Below, piece after piece: positions 6,631-12,944 of a stretch of 12,944 nucleotides of DNA. Under the pieces are notes generated by a model, which was given only the letters and a program-made list of their open reading frames with translations, was not told the origin of the DNA and searched no databases. The position numbers and the translations under genes are program-made. How positions within the stretch are numbered: the first letter of the stretch is position 1; each line of letters begins with the position of its first letter. Origin of the DNA: Candidatus Scalinduaceae bacterium (GTDB lineage Bacteria > Planctomycetota > Brocadiia > Brocadiales > Scalinduaceae); NCBI GenBank assembly GCA_046759445.1, contig JBHICG010000084.1:1-12944 (forward strand). The letters are read 5' to 3'.

Positions 6631-7047
6631 ATGTCTAAAGACGATATGCTTGGGCCATACAGCCCAAAGGTAATGGATCATTTCATGAATCCCAGAAACA
6701 TGGGGGAAATAGAGGATGCCAATGGAGTAGGAACAGTAGGCAATCCCGCCTGTGGTGATGTGATGAGATTATATTTGAGGGTAAAGGATGAAAAAATCTT
6801 GGATGCAAAATTCAAAACATTTGGTTGTGGGGCTGCAATTGCAACTAGCAGCATGGCTACTGAAATGATTAAAGACAAGACGGTGGGAGAAGCCTCTGAA
6901 ATTACAAACGAAGCCGTGGCAGAAGCCCTGGATGGTTTGCCTCCAAATAAGATGCACTGTTCAGTCCTGGCTCAAGAGGCCATAGAAGCTGCAATAAAAG
7001 ACTACAAAGAAAAATGTGATAATAAAGGTGATGCTGATAAGGAATAA
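6631..7047 (+). CDS. iscU: Fe-S cluster assembly scaffold IscU/NifU-N
   Basis: YSPKVMDHFMNPRN, GNPACGDVM, FKTFGCGAAIA and LPPNKMHCSVLA; all three Cys and the conserved Asp are present. SD GAGGGAG. Confidence 0.95.
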   Translation: MSKDDMLGPYSPKVMDHFMNPRNMGEIEDANGVGTVGNPACGDVMRLYLRVKDEKILDAKFKTFGCGAAIATSSMATEMIKDKTVGEASEITNEAVAEALDGLPPNKMHCSVLAQEAIEAAIKDYKEKCDNKGDADKE

Positions 7048-7126
7048 AATACTGTTGAATTTAATAGCTTAAAATGTCATTAAATCAGAAACCATTTGAC
7101 ATATCATTCTATCAGGAGGTTTAAAA

Positions 7127-7249
7127 ATGACCACTCATAATGATGAGTTTTATTATTGTGAAATATGCGGAGCTGAAGTCAAAGTAATGAATGGAGGAGA
7201 CGGCACATTATTCTGTTGTGGACAGGCTATGATAATTAAAGAAAATTAA
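7127..7249 (+). CDS. Stand-alone desulforedoxin (40 aa; not in the ORF track)
   Basis: Translated by hand: MTTHNDEFYYCEICGAEVKVMNGGDGTLFCCGQAMIIKEN*. CxxC-x15-CC desulforedoxin motif; perfect SD AGGAGG at 7114-7119. Confidence 0.88.
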   Translation: MTTHNDEFYYCEICGAEVKVMNGGDGTLFCCGQAMIIKEN

Positions 7250-7270
7250 CAAAGAAAGGTGAGGATATTT

Positions 7271-7681
7271 ATGGGTAAAGAAAAAATAATTGAGGTTTTG
7301 AATAAGGTTAGGGTTGAAGAACTTACTGCAATAATGCAGTATCTGCAACATCACTATTTGGCTAAGGGTATTAATAGCCCAGATGTGTCAGAAATTTTTA
7401 AAAAACTAAGCATTGTCGAGATGAAACACGCATATGCTCTTGCCGAGAGAATAACTGCACTCGGTGGTATACCAACTACCAAGATTGACAAGATAAACGT
7501 TCCGGAAAAGCTTGAAGATATGATCAAAGAAAACTATGAGGTAGAAAAAACGGCAATTGAAGATTTTAAGGGATATATCAAAGAGGTTTCAGAAGATATC
7601 ACAACCAGGAGAATGCTTGAAGACATATTAGCAGATGAGGAAGAACATCTTGATGAATTAGGGAAATTACTGGAAATTTAA
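7271..7681 (+). CDS. bfr: Bacterioferritin-like ferritin-family protein, short form (136 aa)
   Basis: E17, Y24 and E50-M51-x-H53 match E. coli Bfr E18/Y25/E51/M52/H54; also ERITALGG, EKTAI and EEEH. ATG 7271 preferred over GTG 7259 (AAGGTGAGG upstream). Confidence 0.82.
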   Translation: MGKEKIIEVLNKVRVEELTAIMQYLQHHYLAKGINSPDVSEIFKKLSIVEMKHAYALAERITALGGIPTTKIDKINVPEKLEDMIKENYEVEKTAIEDFKGYIKEVSEDITTRRMLEDILADEEEHLDELGKLLEI

Positions 7682-7689
7682 AACTTGGT

Positions 7690-7724
7690 TCGTTTTGTTT
7701 ACATCCCACCAGAACGATTTTATT
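7690..7724 (+). terminator. Possible intrinsic terminator after bfr
   Basis: Stem TCGTTTTG 7690-7697/CAGAACGA 7710-7717 (one G-U), 12-nt loop, followed by TTTTATT. The stem is weak. Confidence 0.35.
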
Positions 7725-7892
7725 GCGTTGGTTGAAATGTTGGAATACTGGAATGATGAAAAGTCTGTGAATTTCTGATTTTGGATTTTCTTTTTATTGG
7801 TGTGCGCGCAGGTTGTACATTAAATATTATTTAGCTTAAATAAGTTTTACAATTTCCACGATGTTAGTGGTGTGTTGATACGGATTAAGATT

Positions 7893-10232
7893 TTATTTAC
7901 GATTATTTAATTTTTTATATAAAGACACTTCTCTCCTTGACTGAAGAAGCATTCCCTTTTCACGATAAACCATTCCCAAATTATAGTGGACATCTGGCAA
8001 ACCAGGATTGGTTTCTATTACTTTTTTATATTCAAGTACTGCATCATCGTACATCCTCTTTTTACTGTAAACTATACCCAAATTGTAATGCGCTGATTCA
8101 TCATCTGGGTTTAATTCTATAGCTTTTCTGAAGGAAGCAATGGCTTGATCATACATCTTTTTTTTACTGTAAGCTATACCAATATTATAATAAGCTTCTG
8201 CATATTTAGGATTTATCTTAATAGCCTTTTTGTATTGTGAGATTGCCTGAGTGAACATTGCCTTCTTTCCGTAAGTAATACCAAGGTTGTTATATGCCTC
8301 GGCATATTCCAGTTTTTCCTCGATAGCCATTTTGTATTGTTCAATGGCTAAATCTAACATTTTATTGCTATTGTACGCTACTCCTAAATTATTAAATGCC
8401 TCGGCATAATCAGGACTTAAATCTATAGCTGTTTTATAATGTGATATTGCCTTGTCTATCTTGCCTTGCTTTGCATATGCTACTCCAATATTATTATATG
8501 CCTCGGCATAATCAGGTACGATTTTAAGAGCTTTCTTATAATATTTCACAGCATCTTCTAATCTTCCATAATCATCATATATAATACCAAGATTATTACA
8601 AGCTTCTGCATAAGAAGGATTTATTGTTAATGCTTTTTTATGTGCACGAAGAGCTTCATCAAGATTTCCTCTTTTTCTAGATACAACCCCAAGAGCATCC
8701 CACGCCTTTGCATAATTTGAATTGATTACGAGCGCCTTTTTGTAAGCTTCATATGATTCATTTAACTTATTCATTGCCTTGTAAGCAACACCAAGGTTAA
8801 AGTAACATGCTACATTCTCAGGCTTACTCTTTAAGACCTTCTTAAACAAAGAAATAGCTTTTTCGTACTTCCCTGTCTTATTATAGGTAATCGCCAATTC
8901 AAATAGTACCTCAATATGTTCCTTGTTAATTTTTAAGGCACTTTTATAAGATGATATAGCCTCTTCATACAACTCTTTTTTGTAGTAAGAAAGTCCAAGA
9001 TTGTGATAAATGTCTGTTTTGTTTTTATTATTATGCAAGGACTCTTTATATTCAGAAATTGCTTCATCGTATTTTCCTTCTTCATAATATATAAGTCCCA
9101 GATTGTAATGCGCACCCTGGTGTTTAGAATCAATGTCCAGGATTGTTTTAAATCTAGAAATTGCTTCATTATTTTTTCCATTGATTTTGTAAATAATTCC
9201 TAGATTACAAAGTGAGTTAATGTGCACAGGATTAAGCTTCAAGGCATTATCAAACTCTTTTTTTGCATTTGGAATCAATCCTTTTTCTTTGAAGCATAGT
9301 CCCAGATAATAATGAGCGTCGACGCTAGTGGTATCCGCTTTCAATACTTTTTTAAACTCAGATACTGCCCTGTCAATCAATCCTTTTTTTCTATACGCAA
9401 TACCAAGATTGAAAGTTGCATCAATGTGTTCTCTATTTAAATCTAATACTTTTTTATAAGTATTGATTGCTTCATCTATTTCACCACATTCGTCATAACA
9501 TAGACCAAGATTATAATATATTGATTCATCTTCAGATTTATAGATTAAGGTCTTTTTAAGCTCTGAAATAGCAGCGTCATAATTCCGTTTCCCTTTGTAG
9601 GCAAGCCCAAGACAATAATGCGAAGACGAATCTTTTGGGTTGATCTTTACAACCTTGTTTAATATGGAAATGGCTTCTTCATACATTGCAATTTCATAAT
9701 AAACAATTCCTAGATTATGACTGGCATCCAGTTTGTTTTTTTCTAGCTTAATTACTGTTGCCCATTGCTTAATTGCTTCATCAATCTTTTCATTGCAATA
9801 GGCTATTAAACCTAACTCATAATACCCCTCTGGTGTAGTTGGGATTCCAGCTCTATCTAACCTTTCAATCTTTGCCTTTAACTTATTTATCTTTACCTTT
9901 GACCTTTGAGAAACCTTAACCTTTTTCATGCCTAACTGTATTAGAGAAGGAATATTTGCACCTTTACGTTCCATCTTTAACAATTCTTCTAAATCCCTTT
10001 TCTGTTCTTTTAAAAGGTTTCTGCCCTCTTCATACATATGATTTAGAATATTTAGTTGTGTCGTTAAATTGTTAATTTGCACATTTTTTTGTTTTAATTT
10101 TTCTTCAAGTGTCTTTTTCTGGTAAAAGTGCCAGGAAAATAAACCAGCAAAAAACCTTACTGGTTTAAAGATATAATTTTCCTTTATTAATTGAAGTTGA
10201 TTTTTGCACTTTTCTGTGTATAAGCTTTCCAT
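7893..10232 (-). CDS. Tetratricopeptide repeat protein: about 133-aa N-terminal coiled-coil region plus 19 tandem TPRs
   Basis: 19 uninterrupted 34-aa repeats counted from PEGYYELG to the C-terminus, consensus A(Y/H)xNLGxxY...A...YKKAIxxxPxY. No catalytic domain. Confidence 0.92.
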   Translation of the reverse strand: MESLYTEKCKNQLQLIKENYIFKPVRFFAGLFSWHFYQKKTLEEKLKQKNVQINNLTTQLNILNHMYEEGRNLLKEQKRDLEELLKMERKGANIPSLIQLGMKKVKVSQRSKVKINKLKAKIERLDRAGIPTTPEGYYELGLIAYCNEKIDEAIKQWATVIKLEKNKLDASHNLGIVYYEIAMYEEAISILNKVVKINPKDSSSHYCLGLAYKGKRNYDAAISELKKTLIYKSEDESIYYNLGLCYDECGEIDEAINTYKKVLDLNREHIDATFNLGIAYRKKGLIDRAVSEFKKVLKADTTSVDAHYYLGLCFKEKGLIPNAKKEFDNALKLNPVHINSLCNLGIIYKINGKNNEAISRFKTILDIDSKHQGAHYNLGLIYYEEGKYDEAISEYKESLHNNKNKTDIYHNLGLSYYKKELYEEAISSYKSALKINKEHIEVLFELAITYNKTGKYEKAISLFKKVLKSKPENVACYFNLGVAYKAMNKLNESYEAYKKALVINSNYAKAWDALGVVSRKRGNLDEALRAHKKALTINPSYAEACNNLGIIYDDYGRLEDAVKYYKKALKIVPDYAEAYNNIGVAYAKQGKIDKAISHYKTAIDLSPDYAEAFNNLGVAYNSNKMLDLAIEQYKMAIEEKLEYAEAYNNLGITYGKKAMFTQAISQYKKAIKINPKYAEAYYNIGIAYSKKKMYDQAIASFRKAIELNPDDESAHYNLGIVYSKKRMYDDAVLEYKKVIETNPGLPDVHYNLGMVYREKGMLLQSRREVSLYKKLNNRK

Positions 10233-12944
10233 TTATCGCCTTTCTTTAATTACAGCCTGAGCAGCCGCCAGACGTGCTATAGGAACTCTGTAGGGAGAAC
10301 AGCTTACGTAATCCATCCCATTTCTATGGCAGAATTCAATTGATGAAGGATCCCCTCCATGCTCACCACAAATACCTATCTTTAAATCAGGTCTTGTTTG
10401 TCGTCCTTTTTTAATACCAGTTTCAACCAACTGTCCGATTCCTTCCTGATCAAGTACCTGAAAAGGGTCCTTTTCCAGTATACCAAGTTTTGTAAATTGT
10501 GGCACAAATGCGCCAACATCATCACGGCTATATCCAAATGCCATTTGAGTTAAATCGTTGGTGCCAAAAGAGAAAAATTCTGCATGTTTTGCAATTTGAT
10601 CTGCAGTTAATGCCGCCCTTGGTATCTCTATCATTGTACCGATCTTATAATTTATCTTAATATCTTTTCTTGCCATTACATTATTTGCCACCGTTTCAAT
10701 ATCTTTTTTCAGGGTACTCATCTCTCCCTCAGTTCCTACAAGAGGAACCATTATTTCTGGAATGACTTTAATACCCTTCTTTTTCATATTACATACTGCC
10801 TCAATTATTGCCTGTGCCTGCATTTTATAAATATCAGGATAAATAAGACCCAAACGACATCCTCTAAGTCCCAACATTGGATTAATTTCCTGTAGACTGT
10901 GTACCTTATCCCTCACCTCTTTAAAACTCATCCCCATCTTTTTGGCTATTTCTTTTTGTAGGTATTCCTCTTTGGGTAAAAATTCATGCACGGGCGGATC
11001 AAGAAGTCTTATGGTTACGGGGAGACCATTCATAATCTTAAAGATCTTCTCAAAATCACCCCTTTGCATGGGCAGCAACTTTTTTAATGCATCCCTGTTG
11101 AGCTTGGCTACTTCATTAAGTTTCTTCTTTGTCTTCTTTATTTCTTCCTTAAATGAGGAGATTTTCTCTTTTGGTATTTTGTCAAGCCCATTGTTCATCT
11201 CTTCAACAATCGCTTCAAGGTTCCTTACGTCACCTGCTACGAGTATCATCTGTCGAACATAGTCAATGCGGGTTTCATCAAAAAACATGTGTTCAGTTCT
11301 GCATAACCCTATCCCCTCAGCGCCAAAGTCTCTAGCTCTTTTTGCATCTTCAGGTGTATCGGCATTTGCCCTGATCTTGAGTTTACGAACCTCATCTGCC
11401 CATTTCATAAGTTTACCAAAATCTCCACTGAGTTTAGTTTCTACAGTAGGCAATTCCCCCAGTATTACTTCACCCAGAGTACCATCCAGAGAAAGGTAGT
11501 CTCCTTTCTTAACAACCCTTCCATCAACGGTAAATTCCTCTTTTCCATAACTTATTTGGATGTTACCACATCCTGCCACACAGCATGTTCCCATTCCTCT
11601 GGCTACGACGGCAGCATGTGAAGTCATACCTCCCCTTGTTGTAAGGATTCCTTGTGCTACATGCATGCCTCCAATATCTTCAGGTGAAGTTTCTATTCTG
11701 ACAAGTATGACCTTCTCCTTCCTTGCGGCTAGCTTTTCTGCCTCATCAGCGTGAAATGTTACCTTACCAGAAGCTGCTCCCGGTGAAGCGGGTAACCCGT
11801 ATGCAATCACATTTCTTTTAGACTTCGGGTCAAATATAGGATGAAGGAGCTGATCCAATTGATTTGGATCAATCCTGCTAATGGCAGTCTTTTTACCGAT
11901 AAGTTTTTCCTCTACCATATCCACCGCTATCTTTACGGCTGAGTGTGCTGTGCGCTTCCCATTTCGTGTTTGAAGCATAAACAGCTTGCCTTCCTGTATA
12001 GTGAATTCCATATCCTGGAGGTCTTTGTAATGTTTTTCTAATTTATTTTTTATTCCCACCAAGATCTTATATGCTTTGGGTATCTCTTTTTGCAAGTCGG
12101 TTATTGGTTCAGGAGTTCGTATCCCCGCTACTACATCCTCACCTTGTGCGTTAAGTAAAAACTCTCCATAAAACTTGTTTTCACCTGTAGATGGATTTCT
12201 TGTAAAACACACACCTGTTGCAGAATCGTTACCCATATTTCCAAAAACCATTGATTGAACATTTACGGCAGTTCCTAATAATCCCTTAATGTCATATATC
12301 TCTCTGTATTTTATTGCCCTTGGATTATTCCAGGATTCAAATACTGCAAGAATCGCCTTACGCAATTGTTCCTTAGGGTCGAGTGGGAATGAGGTGCCTG
12401 TCCTCTTTTTGTAAATGGTAATAAAGTCTTTACAAATATCCTTTAATTGCTTGGCGCTAAGGTCTGTATCATTCTTCACATTTGACTTTTTTTTGTATCT
12501 TTCCATTATTTCTTCAAAGTCATGATGTTGAATGCCCATCACAACATTACCAAACATGGTTATAAATCGCCTGTACGCATCCCATGGAAATCTTTCATTC
12601 TTCGTTTTCCTGATGAGACCTTGAACTGAATTCGGATTCAGTCCTAAGTTCAATACTGTGTCCATCATTCCCGGCATCGAAGCAGCAGCGCCACTTCTAA
12701 CGGATACTAACAAAGGGTTTTTAGAGTCCCCTAATTTTGCGCCCATTAGGTGTTCCAGATGGGCGAGGTTTTTATCAATTTCGCTTTGAAGTCCAACAGG
12801 GTAACTTTTGTTATTTTTATAATAAGCTTGGCAGGCTTCTGTCGTAATTGTGAACCCGGGAGGAACGGAAATTCCAAGATTTGCCATTTCTGCAAGGTTA
12901 GCTCCTTTACCACCAAGTAAAGCCTTCATTGAGGCATTACCATC
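10233..12944 (-). CDS. ppdK: Pyruvate, phosphate dikinase; 5' end truncated by the window
   Basis: LLGGKGANLAEM, LLVSVRSGA..SMPGMMDT, GEDVVAGIRTP, GGMTSHAAVVARG (phospho-His and regulatory Thr), GIGLCRTEHMF, FSFGTNDLTQM, GICGEHGGDP. The frame stays open to base 12944 (DGNAS before MKALL), so the real start lies outside the window. Confidence 0.97.
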   Translation of the reverse strand, partial: DGNASMKALLGGKGANLAEMANLGISVPPGFTITTEACQAYYKNNKSYPVGLQSEIDKNLAHLEHLMGAKLGDSKNPLLVSVRSGAAASMPGMMDTVLNLGLNPNSVQGLIRKTKNERFPWDAYRRFITMFGNVVMGIQHHDFEEIMERYKKKSNVKNDTDLSAKQLKDICKDFITIYKKRTGTSFPLDPKEQLRKAILAVFESWNNPRAIKYREIYDIKGLLGTAVNVQSMVFGNMGNDSATGVCFTRNPSTGENKFYGEFLLNAQGEDVVAGIRTPEPITDLQKEIPKAYKILVGIKNKLEKHYKDLQDMEFTIQEGKLFMLQTRNGKRTAHSAVKIAVDMVEEKLIGKKTAISRIDPNQLDQLLHPIFDPKSKRNVIAYGLPASPGAASGKVTFHADEAEKLAARKEKVILVRIETSPEDIGGMHVAQGILTTRGGMTSHAAVVARGMGTCCVAGCGNIQISYGKEEFTVDGRVVKKGDYLSLDGTLGEVILGELPTVETKLSGDFGKLMKWADEVRKLKIRANADTPEDAKRARDFGAEGIGLCRTEHMFFDETRIDYVRQMILVAGDVRNLEAIVEEMNNGLDKIPKEKISSFKEEIKKTKKKLNEVAKLNRDALKKLLPMQRGDFEKIFKIMNGLPVTIRLLDPPVHEFLPKEEYLQKEIAKKMGMSFKEVRDKVHSLQEINPMLGLRGCRLGLIYPDIYKMQAQAIIEAVCNMKKKGIKVIPEIMVPLVGTEGEMSTLKKDIETVANNVMARKDIKINYKIGTMIEIPRAALTADQIAKHAEFFSFGTNDLTQMAFGYSRDDVGAFVPQFTKLGILEKDPFQVLDQEGIGQLVETGIKKGRQTRPDLKIGICGEHGGDPSSIEFCHRNGMDYVSCSPYRVPIARLAAAQAVIKERR

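Noticed and set aside
7074..7102. Perfect TTGACA (7096-7101) and ATGTCA/TGACAT inverted repeat upstream of dx
   Set aside because: No -10 at 16-18 bp spacing (it would overlap the SD and start), and a 6-bp IR with a 17-bp gap is expected by chance.
2150..7681. Encapsulin cargo system for the ferritin-like proteins
   Set aside because: No encapsulin shell gene in the window and no LxIGSL-type targeting peptide at the protein termini.
8295..8516. Palindromic repeat TGCCTCGGCATA at 8295, 8397 and 8499 resembling a CRISPR array
   Set aside because: Spacing is exactly 102 nt (one TPR) and it encodes YAEA inside the TPR ORF; too short, and no cas genes in the window.
10230..10235. PPDK-TPR fusion by stop readthrough
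   Set aside because: The stop is TAA, PPDK ends at its normal C-terminus (RLAAAQA..), and an ATG follows immediately; coupling is the simpler explanation.
1752..11754. Short alternative-frame and antisense ORFs in the track (e.g. 1752, 1966, 2954, 4593, 5379, 6136, 6678, 6769, 7937, 8933, 9003, 10942, 11153, 11266, 11560)
   Set aside because: All overlap well-supported genes and have no recognisable motifs; treated as shadow ORFs.

Overview
AT-rich bacterial window from a probable anaerobe; the gene mix is compatible with an anammox (Brocadiia/Scalindua-like) or deltaproteobacteria-like organism, but that is inference only. The + strand carries the 3' end of a Ni-CODH catalytic subunit gene (cooS/acsA), a structured intergenic region with a strong sigma70 promoter, and an 11-gene iron/redox cluster (667-7681). 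The cluster encodes a YdjM-motif metallohydrolase-like protein, an exported TlpA thioredoxin, two rubredoxin-less rubrerythrin (erythrin) paralogs, an FAD oxidoreductase with a degenerate NAD(P)H site and a C-terminal Cys4 ribbon, a rubredoxin-desulforedoxin fusion, a PHP/HisJ phosphatase, a 4-TM monoheme cytochrome c, IscU, a 40-aa desulforedoxin missed by the ORF track, and a short bacterioferritin. The - strand, convergent with it, carries a 5'-truncated pyruvate phosphate dikinase with a ~40-aa insertion, abutting a 19-repeat TPR protein. Non-coding structure includes a ~163-nt imperfect hairpin after cooS, a 91-bp GC-rich element with 12-bp perfect terminal inverted repeats, and a hairpin upstream of iscU. 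The best candidate for a new system is a modular, possibly NAD(P)H-independent oxygen-defence and iron-repair cluster next to CODH.
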